64,000 nucleotides of DNA from Lama guanicoe (taxonomy: Eukaryota), in NCBI GenBank assembly GCA_013239625.1, contig MU054187.1, forward strand, positions 4,537,757 to 4,601,756, in the 5' to 3' direction. Below are positions 26,379 through 40,109 of the stretch, in pieces; the first letter of the stretch is position 1, and each line of letters opens with the position of its first letter. The position numbers and the translations under genes were made by a program. The notes below the pieces were generated by a model that worked only from the letters and a program-made list of their open reading frames with translations, was not told where the DNA came from and did no database searches.

Positions 26379-29085
26379 GTACAATATTCATCAACAGACT
26401 TACAGAACTTGGATAATACTTCTTGGTCTCTAAGCCCACATTAAAGATGACTGCTCCAGTGGGGATGCTTTGTCACCACTCTTTGGAATACTTGTCACTC
26501 TTTGAATTTCCTCACCACTCAGTGAAGGGGCAGATCGAGACGGCCACGATGGTACTAGGTACCCAACCCCATGGCTGCAATTTCCTGGACCAGATAACTG
26601 ACTAGGGAGCTTAGAGGGTGCTAAACCATAGACCAACCTGAGCCAAACAGGTGTTTAGGGATTTGAACTAAGAGACGTGCAGACAGTCGGGGTGGGCATC
26701 ACTGATTAAAGCAAGAACTTATAAGAGGGTTTGCCACCGTCTTCTAGACCCACAGGAGGCTCATCAAAGAGGCATGGGAAGTGGCGGGAAGGAAAGCAGA
26801 GCCCCTAAGGTGAGCTAAAGGGGGAAGGGCCTTCCACTGGGAGGGGAGAATCATGCATTCACGCACTTAGAACGAAGGAGGCTAAGAAGTGTGCTGGGCA
26901 CTGAGGACCCTGAGAGAGACCCACCCTTGCCAATGCCCTGGGGATTCAGCTTCTGGCTCCAGCAACACCATGATTTGATGCTGGAATAGCCACTTACCTT
27001 CTCTAGGCTTTGGTTTTCAGCTAGAAAATAAAAGGCTGAACTTTAATGCCTGGAGTTCTAGAGAATGTAGCCGCTTTAAGTCTGTCCTGTGAAATAGGAA
27101 TTGTTTAATGGTGGGTCCTCCTTAATGTTACTAGGCTCTGAATCCTATCAGTTTTATCTGTGGCCACAATGAGATGTTTTCCTTAGAGAAATAACTTTCA
27201 AACTTTTTTTCCTTTTGCCAGGGAGCACCTTGTTAAAAAGGAGTTTTACAGGGAGTTTTAAGCAAATGGAACAGATGAAAGGCGAGCAGATCTGATCAGA
27301 GTGATGGGGTCTTGAAGCTTCTCCCCCATGGCCTTTCCTACCCTCCTCTACCCCCACACAGTCTACACCCCAAGCTCAGCAGACTCCAGCTTGAAAGCCT
27401 TTGCCCTTGAGAAGGAACCGAGATGAATTAGGAAGAGGGAGAGTGAAATGAAGTTATGAACTGCAGGAGCAGCTGGAGACCAGCAGGATTTTAGAGATAC
27501 ACAATCTGGAAGTAGTTCCTGCCTTGGCGTGGTGAATTCCAGCCCAAAAAAATGAAAAACAACAAGAACAACAACAAACAGGCAGGAACCTTGAAGCGCA
27601 GGAACTTAGGAGAGATGGCTGCCAAACCGGAGCCAGAGATAAATGAGTGTTGTGGGGAAAAACAAGAGGAGGGAGCAAACGTGTGCGAGGTGGGGTTACT
27701 ACGTCCTTGGCTCTAGACGACTTAGGAGAAAATGTAAGAATGAAAGAAGGAAGGGGAACACCTCTCAAATATGGATAAAAGATTTGAAAGAAGGAGACTT
27801 TTTGGCTTACCTGAAAAGAGGAACCAAAAAAGATTTAGAAGAAACTTTTCTTATACATTTTTTTAGGGAAGACAAGATTTTGTGTTATTTCAATCAGAAT
27901 CAAAGAAGATGAGGACACAAACAGAAATGGTGGAGTAAAGACTTCCAAAAATTCTCTCCTCCACTTTCCCTTCTCCATTTGCATTGAGAACATCAACAAA
28001 AATCATCAGACTCAACTTTTTCTGAACTCTAGAAATTAACCAAAGCTTGCAGCAATCCCGCAACAGAGCTAAATCTCAGTGAGGACAGCAAGCTTGGTGG
28101 TGTTCTCATTGGCTCTGTTTTCACCCTTTCCTGTATAGCGCCACGGAATCCTTGAAAAGGAACAGCCAGAAAGAAACCACGGTGAAAACCCGCAATCTGG
28201 CAGCCTCTGCAGGCAAAGTGGGGCTGGGGGAGCTCCTTTAAGATCCGTTCCCAGAGAGTCACCATCATTCGACCTGTGTGGTATTTCCCCGTACTAGGTA
28301 TTTCCATTTGCAAGACTACCTTTATTTGACCTGACTTAGAGCTCAGTCTGTACAAACAGCCTTTTCCCCATGGACATTTGTTGGAAACAATTAGAGGCAA
28401 CTGAACAATGTGGCTGCTTGAAGCAGAAAATAACAGTTGGGGCAAACAAAATCCTGACCAAAATGATTAGTAAGAAAAGCTGGGGCATGAGAGGTCCAGA
28501 GAGAGCTTTGAAAGGCTGAAAAGTGTTCATGGGAATCTAGAAGGTTACATGCATATTTAGGGCCAAATGCATGCCCAGGGTTGTGTGTCTTCTCAGAAAG
28601 GCCAGAGAAGACCCTAAGCTCTCACCTTGGTTAAACCTGAGATCCTGCAGAAGCAGGAAAGGGAAGAGGCACAAAGTGCCTGGCTGAGTGCTGAAGGCAC
28701 GACCCGACACACACACAGACCCTGTCAGCAAAGACTGTGAGAATTACTGATTCCAGATGCTAAAGGAAATCTCCGTCTAATCATTAGCTGACCAATATGC
28801 TCTCCAAGCACAGATGTCAGTGGCCACCCAGAGAATACAGACTTCACAGAATTAGTTCAGAAGGCACTAAAGAAACAAACAACAACAAACAGCAAAAACA
28901 ACAAACTTCAGAAAAAGGGGAGAATTTCATTTCCAGAGTTGCCACACTATATTATTTATGTCTAGTTTCAAGAAAAAATTATGAGATTGGCAAAGAAACG
29001 GGAAGTTTGGCCCATACACAAGAAAAAAAATCAATCAATAAAAACTGTCCATGAGGAAACCCAGAGATTAGACACAAAGTCTTTA

Positions 29086-29297
29086 TTACTTTTTAAATTA
29101 AAAAATTTATACAACTTTTAAAGTTACTTTCCATTTACAGTTATTGCAAAATATTGGCGGTATTCCCTGTGTTGTACATACATCCCTGAGCCTGTCTTAC
29201 ACACAGTGGTTTGTACCTCCCCTTCCCTCATTCCTGTATTGCCCCACCCCACCCCGATCACCACTAGTTTGTTCTCTATGTCTGTGAATCTGCTCCT
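29086..29297 (-). mobile_element. L1 3' tail nested in the older L1
   Basis: Perfect 12-bp TSD acaaagtcttta (29074, 29298); L1 3' UTR motif ccactagtttgttctctatgtctgtga. Confidence 0.85.
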
Positions 29298-29335
29298 ACA
29301 AAGTCTTTAAATCAACCATTTAAAATATGTTCAGG

Positions 29336-29466
29336 TGGTGGGAAATAGCCCTGTGGTAGAGTGCATGCTTAGCATGCACGGGGTCCTGAGTTCAGTCCCC
29401 AGTATCTCCCTTAAGTAAAAAAAAATAAACCTAATTACTTCCTGCCTCAAAAAATAAAATAAAATA
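29336..29466 (+). mobile_element. tRNA-derived camelid SINE (Vic-1-like) nested in L1
   Basis: tagccctgtggtagagtgcatgcttagcatgcacggggtcctgagttcagtccccagta plus an A-rich tail. Confidence 0.88.
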
Positions 29467-32400
29467 TTAAAAAGAACTAAAATAAACAATGTCTAAAAAA
29501 TAAAGGAAAATATGAGAACAAAGACTCACTAAATCGAGACTACTGATAAAGAGACAGAAACAAACAAAAAGAATCAACTAGAAATAATATAGTTGAAAAG
29601 TACAACTGAAATGAGAAATTCACTAGAGGATTTCAACAGTAGATTTCATCAAGCAGAAGGAAAAAAATCACCAAACTTGAAGATATGTCAACTGAGGTTA
29701 TGGAATGGAAAAAGACTGAAGAAAAATAAACACAGCCTGAGAGACCTGTGGGAAATCACCAAGCACCCCAACAGATGCTGATGTGAGTTCCAGAAGGACA
29801 GGACGGAGAGGGAGGGACAGAAAGAACACTTGAAGGAATAATGACAAAAAAATTCCCAAATTTGATTAAAAAAAATTAATATACAGAGAAATCTCAATTA
29901 CCTTCAAGAATGATAAGTGCAAAGAGATTCCCACGAAGACACATTATAATGAAATACAGACTCAATACCCCACTTTCAATGATGGATGGAACAATCATAC
30001 AGAAGGTTACTAAGGAAACAGAGAACTTCAACAATGCCGCACACCAGCCAGAACTCACAGACATCTACAGACACTCCATTCAACAGCAGCAGAACACACC
30101 TTGTCCTCAAGTGCTCACGAAACATCCTCCAGGACAGCATGTACAACAAGCTGCAAAACAAGTCCCAGCGAAGTTTGAAGGACCGAGATCATACAAAGCA
30201 TCTTCTCTGACCAGAGTGTAATGGAGCTAAAATCAATAACATAGTGAAAACTGGAATTCACAAACATGTGGGTATTAAACAACTCACTCTTTAAACAGCC
30301 AAAGGGTCAAAGAAGAAATCATAACAGACATTGGGAAATACTTAGAGACCAATGAAAACAATAACGCAATGCACCGAAAGTTATGAGATGAAGAGAAAAC
30401 AGGGCTCAGAGGGAAACTTACCACAATAGACACACACATTAAAAAAGAACGACCTCAAATAAATAATCTAGCTTTTCATCTAAAGGAAATAGTAAGAGAA
30501 GAGCAAAGTAAACACAGAGCTAACAGATGGAAGGAAGTTATAGACTATAGCATAGACACTAGACAAACTAGAGAATAGAAGAAAATAGAATCAACGAAAG
30601 AAAAAGTGGGTTCTTCGAAAAGATCAACAAAATTGACGAACTGGACTGACCAAGCGAAAAAGAGAGAAAACTCAAATTACAAAAATCAGAAATAAGAGAG
30701 GGAAACCTCACTGCTGAGCTTCCAGAAATAAAGCACTCTACATGAACACTACAAACAACTGCACGCCAACAAGTTAGATACCCTATAAGAAACAGGCAAA
30801 TTCCTAAAAAGATGCACACTACAGAAACTGATTCAATTAAAAATTTTAAATATGAATTGACCTATAAGAAATAAAGAGATTGAATTAGCAATCAAAATTT
30901 TCCCACCACCCCCACAAAAAAGCCAGGGACCACATGGTTTCATTGGTAAATTCTACAGCATGTTTAAAGAAGAACTGACATAATTCTTCAAAACTCATCC
31001 TCAAAACAGAAAATCAAGGAATGTTGAGAAGGAAATGTATTCTATGAGACAGTATTATCCTGATAGCAAAAGACAAAGACTTTGCAAGAAAAGAAAACTG
31101 CAGGCCAATACCTCTTATGAACATAAACACAAAAGTCCTCATAAAAAGACTCACAAATTGTACAGCAATATCCAAAAAGGGTAACACACCACACCAATTG
31201 GGGTTTATCCCAGGAATACAGGTTGCGTTAATCAACCAGTGTGATACATTACATTATCAGACTAAAGGACAAAAACTACAGAATCATCTCAATGGATGCA
31301 GCAAAAGCATTTGACAAAATCTAACACCCTCCATGAGAAAAACACTTAATTAGAAATTGAAGAAAAATTCCTCAACCCTACAGTGGGCATCTATGAAAAG
31401 CCCGCGGCTGACACGCTTGCTGTGAGTGATCGAGTGGTTTCCCCTACGATCAGGAACAAGGCAAAGACGTCTACTCCTGCCATTTCTGTTCAACACTGTA
31501 CTGGAGGTTCTACCAGGGAAATCAGGCGAAAAATAGATAAATAAATAAAAGGCCTCCAGGCTGTCAAAGAAGAAACAAAAACTACCTTTATTTCCAGATG
31601 TTTTGACTTTTTATTTAGAAAATTCTCATGAAACCACAAAAATCTGTTAGAGCTACTAAAGGAGTTCAGTGAGTTCGCAGGATACAAAATTAATACGCAA
31701 AAATCAATTATATTTCTGTATACCAGCAATGAGCAATCTGAAATTGTAATCTAAGAAAGCAGTTCCATTTATAATAGCATCAAGACCTTAGACTGGGTGA
31801 CGTTTTCACAGATATGACAGCAAAAGCACAAGCAACCACGGGAAAAATAAACTGGACTTCAGCAAACTTTTTTAAATGTATGCTTCAAAGGACACAATAA
31901 AGAAAAAAGAAAACCTACAAAATAGGAGAAAATGTTTGCATACCATATGTCTAATAAAGGACATATCTAGAACTGATAAAGAATTTTTATAGTTCAATAA
32001 TAAAAAATTTTTTTACATGAGCAAAGGATCTGAACAGACATTTCTCCAAAGACTTACAGGTGGCCAATCAGCAGGTAAAAGATGCCCAGCATCATTCTCA
32101 CTGGGGAAATGTCAATCAAAACAGCAGTGAGATACCCCTGCACCCCCACGGAGCTGGCTCAGGGCTGCAGACTGGCCCGGTGTGTGCAGATCCACCAGAA
32201 AACTGCTTCTAGAACGAGGAAGATGGAGCAGGTGCATTGCAGTAAGAGGTAAGAGGGGGAAATGGCATTGGGATTAATGTGATGGAGCACAGAGAAAGGA
32301 AAAATTTTTTTTTAAAAAGGAGAATTTCTGAAATAAAAGAGAAAATGGGAATCTAAGACCAAATGTGCAAAACATAGGAGGACCAGAGACCATATGACTA

Positions 32401-32864
32401 AGTATTTAAATCAAGGTAACAAATTGTTAAACAAACTTTGTTCTCGAGTCTTGTTTTGACAAGTGTTTCTTCATAATCTGGGAGGCCAGGTCAAACTTAA
32501 CAATGTTTGTGCCGCCTGGATCTCTGCGATGAGGCTGTCACCTGAGGGAGGGCCAGCCCGGGCGGCCGGCGGTCCTGCACCTCTTCCCGCCCCGCCCTGC
32601 CTTCGCCCCGGGTCCGAGGGGCCTCCTGCGCCCGCCTGTGGGTATCTCAGTCCAGACTGCCCACGGCCCCTGCAGACTGTGGCCACTGGACAGGTTATAT
32701 CTACCTGGGGAGCATGGCCTTAGCGCAGGGATCTGCGGAGGCCCAGGGAGTGGCCTTGAGCAGGGATTATCAGGATCCTAGGAGCCTGAATGTGATTTTA
32801 AAAGTTCTAGAAGAGGGCACAGGATTTGAACTGGCAAATTTCCTTCTCTCACTGGATTCCTTAC

Positions 32865-34126
32865 CCTCAAGGAAGAGCACTTTCAGAGGAGAAAATGAGA
32901 GACTCTCCCCAGCCCAGGGCAGGACCTTCTCTGGTCCGGGTCAAAGGATGGTGTTGACAAGAGAGTTCTGTCCCAGAGACAAAACTCTTCTGCTGGTGGT
33001 TGGTGGGGGCAAAAACAATAAGTGAGATGAACAAAAAATCAATAAAGACCGTCAGACTGAGTTTGCTGTAGGACAGCTTGGGACTCAATTCAGTTCTCCT
33101 TTAGAACAGAGAAAGAACAGTACAGAGCTAGAAACAAGGCGGGAAGGGGTCTAAACCCAGAAGAGGAAACTTGGATTATCCCAGAAAATAAACCGGTGCT
33201 TTTGCTCTTAGACTCATACTTCCTTTTCCAACAGGGTGTACAAAGCCAATTCTACTTCAGCATGTTTCCATCATTCCAAATCCTGAAGAACCTAAAGTAT
33301 TGTTTCTCATACACAATACTAAACTATAAAAACTATAAACTAAAAAACCATCAAACAAACTATAAAATTGTTTACAACCATTTACAATTAAAATTGTCCT
33401 CAGTAGACAGAGCAGGGGAGTCTGTCTTACTTGGGAAATGATTTTTGCTGTTAATGGAAAATTTCTCTCGTAAGAAGCCAATTCCTAGTTATTTTTTGTT
33501 AATAAAATATGATAAATGACTATTTTATATTTAATGGTTATATATGCTGTGCATGATTTTAAACCTTAAGCTCCATCAGATTTAAGACAAATACACATTT
33601 GTTCTGGGGATAGTGCTTTAATTGACCAGTGATTTAATTGATGGCATTTAAAGTACAGAAAGGAGAGTATGAAATTTGTACACAGAAGCAGAGACTAGAA
33701 CATTTCCTCTTTTTATTGCAGCTGGATATTTCACACGACAGAAAAATTAAACTGGGATTTAGAGACTCTTCCTTATATTGCAGAGTGGAGAGCTTTTATG
33801 ATTTTACTTTAATTACCTTCAGAGTTTTCTTTGTTGTCTACATTAATCAATGAAGGGAGTTTTTTTGTCTTCCATTTATTATTATCATATCTCTTGAGCA
33901 AACGTTATTTTCTTCGTGTCAGATCAGAGGTAGACCAAGAAAAAATAATTTTCAGAAATAAAATATTGCAATTATATTTTCTAAATTTTCTAGAACACTG
34001 ATGCTTGATGCCCAATGCAGCAGTCAATATAGGTCCATATTTAAATGATGACAATCACAGGATAATTCACATTCCCAACTTTCTCAGATCTTCCCAAATA
34101 TGTGTCTCCATTCTCTACTTGCACAT
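32865..34126 (-). pseudogene. Exon run 34126-~33999, 33837-33817, 33447-33431, 33291-33220, 32967-32865
   Basis: The last four have canonical AG/GT and chain phases 1>1, 1>0, 0>0, 0>1, giving DNKENSE-AKIISQ-VLQDLE*WKHAEVELALYTLLEKE-NSLVNTIL*PGPEKVLPWAGESLSFSPLKVLFLE. The exon at 34126 reads DVQVENGDTYLGRSEKVGNVNYPVIVII*. Confidence 0.7.
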
Positions 34127-34299
34127 CTGTGGGAATGTATTTGCTTATTAGCACTTTCAGTAGAAATAAAGAGCCTGTGACATTGCAGATGAATCAGCAT
34201 CGGATTTTAACAGGGTTGCCACCAAATTTTTGGAAGTTTCTGACTGTTTTCACTTTACTACCAGGTTTACAACTAACCAGATCTAACATATTTTGAGCA

Positions 34300-34495
34300 T
34301 TTTTCTACCTACCACACACTGTTCTGAGCTCAGAAGATGTATTAATACACTTAAGCTTCACAACAACCCAGTGAGGTAGACACTGTTATGACCCCCATTT
34401 ACCAGATGAGGAAACTGAGGCACAGAGAGGTTACATACCTTATAACCAGAATGAGGACTTGGACCTCAGCCATTTGGATCCATCCTCCATGCTTT
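34300..34495 (-). mobile_element. MIR SINE
   Basis: ccccatttaccagatgaggaaactgaggcacagagaggtta. Confidence 0.85.
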
Positions 34496-35427
34496 CAATT
34501 ACATTTCTTCTAAATATTATCCTTGCTTTAGTATTAATTAAGAAAATACTGTTTAGAAGTATGGTGAAGGTAATTTTGAGATTATCATCCACATTTTTAA
34601 AAAATTCACCTTTTTGACAGCCTAACAATCATTCCTCCTATGGGGAGTGATAATCCAGTCTTTAAATAAAGGTAAGATGTGTAACCATGAGCTGATAGTC
34701 TTGACAGTCTCAAAAATAACTTTTCTTTTATTTTGCTTTCAAACTTAAAAAAACATTTATTAACTCATATACGGGAAGAAATTAAGAAAGTGTTACAACT
34801 AGTACACTTGCCTGGAATCAGTTTAACATACACACACTTGTAAGTAAGGGCTTGTAATTTAATTGTTCTAATCTATTTCCTACAATACATTATATTGCTG
34901 TAAAAATTATAAAAATTCTTCATATCATGATGTGAAGAGCATACACCTGGAAACACTCTCTTTCCCTAACTCCACCCTCAGCACCAGAGAAGGAGAGAAG
35001 AGAGACAAAGAGCAATGAGCACCCGGGTCCCAAGAGGGCTCTCTGATCCCTATGTGAGGGCACAGTTAATGCCAATCTGGCAAGCAGTACTCTCTAGTGG
35101 AATCTCTTAGACTGGGGTAATCGCAGGGAACAGATCTGCAGAGGTCTGGACATTTTGAGCCACACACGTGAGCTGAGAAGCTCAACAGACACGTTTACCG
35201 GCTTCGCTAGTCCACGTGAGCACCAGAAGCTAAGGTTGCTCCTGATTTTCACAGATCACGGTGTCTTTTAGACTCTATGTCCCTCCCAGGTGGGTACTTT
35301 ACTCCAACACTGTAAATATTCATTAAAAATATGAGTTGTTATATTTCTTGGATGTCAACATTCTGTCAGTTGTTCCATGGGTGTGTCCTAGTGAGCTGCA
35401 GTGATGGGTTCTGTTTTGCTGCTTGAC

Positions 35428-35480
<53 letters not shown>
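35428..35480. repeat. (CA)n microsatellite
   Basis: Long near-perfect CA run; shorter ones at 11164-11184 and 12185-12218. Confidence 0.97.
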
Positions 35481-35484
<4 letters not shown>

Positions 35485-35979
35485 GGTAAAGAACGAAGCC
35501 ACTTTGAAAGACTCAAATATTTGGAAACACCTCTGTTAGTGAGAGGCACTTTCTTAGGTGAAACTCAAAGCAACCTGTCAAATTCCAAGCCAAGAAAGCT
35601 ATTCTGCTGGTGTTTTGTAGCCTTTGCATTACTTGAGAAGGAAAACAGAGAGCAGTGTTCCGGAAACACAAGTGGAGAGCAAAGACCGTGACTATAAGGC
35701 ACTGCATATAGGGCAATACTGCATCTCTGTCATCCCCTTGGGAGATAGTTAAGGGGAAAACCAAAGGACCAGTGCAAACCCCAAGTTGTTTACAAAGTCA
35801 TTCTGTACCAGTAGGGCCATTATCTCAACCTCCCTGGTGACAACAGGGCAATAGAGGGGAAAGGGAAATTTCATCCCGTATAGAATCTGAAATGAAGAGA
35901 TTTAATTTACTGATTAACTACATATGGCTTTTCCTATTTAGCAATTAGTTGATGACTAGGTGTAGACTTAGAAAGTCAC

Positions 35980-38900
35980 CCAGCAGTTTGGTCCTTGGTA
36001 CCAGCCCGTGCTGGTGAGTCTCTGTGTTGGACTTGTAATAAGAGATTTGGTTGCCTCATCTGTGTTACTTGTTAATAAAGAGCAAAGAATCCATTGTGGA
36101 ACCTGGAAAATTCATTGTCACAGAGGTCTTGGATTCAGACTCCGTGGCTGAATTTGGAACAAGATTAAATCATCTGATTCACAACAATAAAAAAAATATA
36201 CTCAAAAACTGCATCGTGAGACTAAAGACATTCAAATTCCTCGCACGTGACAAGTGGCAACAGAAGGGAGGTACGTGACTGGCCTGAAATCTGGAATCTG
36301 GAGAGTGATGCTTTTCTGCTGGGCCTTCTCCTGGGGCTGCCTTTTTCTCTAAGAATCAGGTTAAAGCTGCTTCTGAAGAGAGAATGTCCAACCCAGAAAT
36401 AAGTGAACGTGTCTCACTGATCTTTATGGTCTGAGTCCCTGGTGGTATCAGTAAGGGTTTAAAATTATGGTTTTTTGGTTTTTTTTTTTTAACTGAGCAG
36501 GCAGTCTGATCTGAAAAATTTGCAGAAGGTTTTGAAGATGTCATTCTCAGACGCCTTGCAGTGGTGGTTCGGATTCAGTCTTGAGGAGCAAAGCCTTGGC
36601 TGACCGCAATGAAGAACCGTCAGGGAGAGGGCTGGAAAGTGTAGAGGTCCCGTGATGTCATGTGATTTAACAGCAGAGTGCCATGTTCAGTTGTTGCACA
36701 TGCATCCAGCGATGTCCACCAGAGGAATGCTACTGTGGGATGTGTTAGGAAAGCTGTCATAGTCTGAATTCCATGCTCTAAGAGTTGAGAAATGCAGACT
36801 TCGGGTACTTGCTGCAGTGCTGTAGCTCCTGGTACGCATCTCCTTTCTGGTTTTGCAATCATTTCGGAAAGGCTCCCCATAATTGTGCACATTTCTTAAA
36901 TGAATGGAGTACAAAAGAGACCTTTAAAGAGAAAAACATTGTACTCACGTGGGAGACCCCTTCCACAAAATCCGGTGCTTGGTCTATGAAGACAAACAAA
37001 CAAACTGTGGACATTTGAAGAAAATAAAGGCAACAGAAAGTGATCGTACTAAAGTCTTAAAAGAGGAAAGTTGAAAGGCAAAATTACATTTCATCCTTGT
37101 CTTATAAATGTATTTATAATTTTTAAATACATAATTTGAGTTTGTAAGACAAGTCTATCATTTTTCTTTTTTTATTTTCAATCACAGTGTGTTTCGCTTT
37201 GGAGGGAAGAAAAGAATTCCTCAGGTCCAAGAGAATGTTTATCTGTAAAAGTTGAAGGTGTTTTAAAATTGAATACAGACATGCACAGCTCTGCCCACTG
37301 GAAATATGAGACGCCCATGGGTGCTTTAAAGGTTTCACATAGCTCCGTTTGAAAAAGCAAAAAGAAAAACGTGAAATTCATTTTAATAATGTATATTCTT
37401 TAATTCAATATGCTGTAATATTATCATTTCAGCTCTAATAAATGTCAATATGTGAAAGTCCTGTGATATCATTTATACGTACATTTTTTCACGCTAAGTA
37501 TTTGACTCCAGTGTGGACAGCAGCACACTTGAACTTGGACCAGCCACGATCCCCATTTCGAGTCCTCCACAGCCACACGTTTACTGGTCACGTAGCTTCC
37601 ACATCAGACAGCACAGTTTTAGCATAAATGTCCTGTCTTTGGAGTCAGATCAATTTTTGTTCAAAATACGACAACTTCTTTCTCTCTTTTTCTATAAAAT
37701 GGAGAGATTAACATCTATCCCCTAGTTTTGTGACAGTTAGTCATTGCTGTGTGTACAACTCTGTACAGTGCCCGTCCTGTGGCCGTCCCCAATAAATGGC
37801 TGCAGTTGTCTGGAGCGCAGTCGAGAGAGTACCGTAGCACAGCTGTTATTTTTAAGTCAGTTGAACACAATCATCCTGATGTTGGAGCCTCTGCTGTATT
37901 CCAGATAAAGTGGAGGGAATCTCAGACGTAGACCAGGCTGTGCCATGCAGCCCTTTGGCAGCTTTGAACGTTGAAGCAACACCACTTCCTCCGTTAAGGT
38001 TTTGAAATATGTACATATTTTTGAGATTGGAATTTTCTAAACCTCATATTGGGAACTATGAGTGGGAGACCTTTCGGCATTCCAGGATGTGATCTCTGTA
38101 ACAAGAAACAGCAAACGAGCCTCTTCGAGACTTCAGAAGGACTGCTGACATCACGGTCAGTCTCTGAGGACCTCAGGCCACTGCTCAGTCACGTGAGGTG
38201 AATGACTCCGCAGAGCCGCTGACGTCATCTGGTCAGTTACACTGCCTACAGAACTCTCTCATTCAATGTTTCAGAAGAAGTTACTGCCCTTGCCTGACTC
38301 CCAGAGAATGGTTAAAGCTACAGGCTTCTGCGAGAACACTGCCGGTCTCCAGACGAGCGCTTGATAGCTGGATCACGACGTCCGTGATAAAGACGCTTTC
38401 TGTGCCCTCTGTACACACGGAACTGTCACCGACTCACACTGACCCCGTCATCTCTGACCCTAAGGAATTCACAATCTGCATTCCAAGAGAGAACGGTTTG
38501 GTGTTTTTCATTTCTTTATTACACAAAAAAATCATGTTTGTAATATCTCTGCACCATGACTAATCAGTCATTTGGGATCAAATTTTTCATCAAAAAGGCA
38601 CAACCAAAGAAAGCCACAGCAACTCATCTTCACGGCTGAGCAGGCTACCTGCATAGGGGACTGGTGGTCACCAGGTGGTCGGTGACTCAGGCAAAGGGTC
38701 ATGAACAGCCTCCCTGAAAGCTTCTGATAAAACCACATGCAGCAAAGTCTTTTCTCAAGACATCTCATGCTTCTGTGTTGGGGGGAGCATGGGGCAGGAC
38801 CCCATGGTGATACAAGCAGTCATTTTTTTATTTTCCCAGCTCTGCAACATGGAAGTAAAACCTCCACAGTCATCTGAATAGACTTCCAGTGACTAAAGGA

Positions 38901-39714
38901 TCCTCTCTGATTTCCGCGACTCAGCAGCAAAAGCGGCACGTTCCGAGCATGTAAAGCAGCTCCGCTGAGGCGGACGGCTGAGTCGATGCTTTCCATAAAA
39001 AGCCGCTCACGGCCAAAAGCGAGGGAATCAATACCTCGACCCACGTTAGCCCTGCAGCGGAGGCGCTCCAGGCTCATTTACATAAGGCTGGGCACAGAAG
39101 TGCCCTGCCTCCTTGATGCGGGCGGGGTGGGGGGTGGGGGGCGACTGACATTTCCTTGGGAAGTGAAGTAAGTGCTGTTTGTCACCCTCACGTGCAAGGG
39201 ACGCTGGTCGTGAAACATCCAAGGCTGAAGTCTGGTGTGACATGAAGTAGGTAGGCTACCGACCAGAAAGGAGAAGTCACTTCCGCCAGCCTGGGCGGGA
39301 GAGAAGGCTCTGTGCCGTCTGTGGCAGCATGCCGAGCACGGACACCAAATTCTGTGAACCCCCAGCCTCGTCTGGGGGAACGGTGTCTCCTCACTTCCCA
39401 CCTGCAGGGCTAGCTGTTTTCTGCTCTTATACACACGCTGCCTCCTTTACAGACCAGTGTGGCGAGGCTGCCCCGCATACCTACGTCGTATTTGTCAAGA
39501 CCGGAACCAAAGCACTGTGAACTCCAGCTGCTGCCAGTACATTCAGAACAGCCAGAAACCCCATGATGCTTCATTTACAGGGGCCTGAGAAGATAATATG
39601 TAAACATAAGTGGGCAACCCTGGAATTTTCTCTCATTACTGCCTCTCTGATGGACCTGTAGGGGAATCCCGTTCGGGGAGTAAAGAGACATTCTTGGAGG
39701 AGTTTTGTGATGAT
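35980..39714 (-). pseudogene. Dense exon cluster (39714-39619, 39290-39186, 38408-, 38095-37833, 37242-37131, 36983-36949, 36777-36493, 36173-35980)
   Basis: Strong acceptors (ttttcccacag, ttctctcccgcccag, gtttcttgttacag, caacttttacag, tttgtcttcatag, tttctcaactcttag). Most begin in phase 1 completing Asp/Glu: DHHKTPPRMSLYSPNGIPLQVHQRGSNERKFQ, EITSWNAERSPTHSSQYEV*, DQAPDFVEGVSH|gtgagt, EHGIQTMTAFLTHP...MTSSKPSANFSDQTACS. Confidence 0.65.
37285..37615. mobile_element. hAT-Charlie MITE (MER33/MER3-like)
   Basis: gtgaaattcattttaataatgtatatt...cagcacacttgaacttggaccagccac...cagcacag. Confidence 0.7.
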
Positions 39715-40109
39715 CTGTGGGAAAATGTGACTCATTGAGCTCTCCCTGCATAGTGGGATAAACCACAAGGAAAAAGCAGGGAGGCTTCTGGTTCTAGAGG
39801 CTGTTTGCACAAGTACAGGATGCAGATGATAAGTGGTTTGTCAAATTATTAAGAGGAATTACTAATTAAGATGATCGTAAACTATTAATGATTATAAAAT
39901 GAGCTACAGAAAGTTCTAGAATCTCGATATCACACTACAAAACCACGCTCTTACTATAAAATAGCATAGGTCTCTCCGAAATATACACTTTCATGTTCCA
40001 TGGAATTTATTTTTAATCAACTCTTAAGAGTGTAGGCACCATCTCAGACAAAAGCTGGGGAAATGAGCTGAAACTATGTGGCTTTAAAAAATACACAAAT
40101 TGTGACTGG

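Larger units (their letters stand above)
27910..32160 (+). mobile_element. Old L1 with 5' UTR, ORF1 and ORF2 remnants and internal deletions
   Basis: ORF2 RT-like peptide MNINTKVLIKRLTN...HQLGFIPGIQ (31117..31314), endonuclease-region and ORF1-like A-rich sequence. It jumps at about 29950 and 31785. Confidence 0.92.

Noticed and set aside
29593..31729. Several ORFs as host genes
   Set aside because: They are fragments or antisense frames of degraded L1 ORF1/ORF2.
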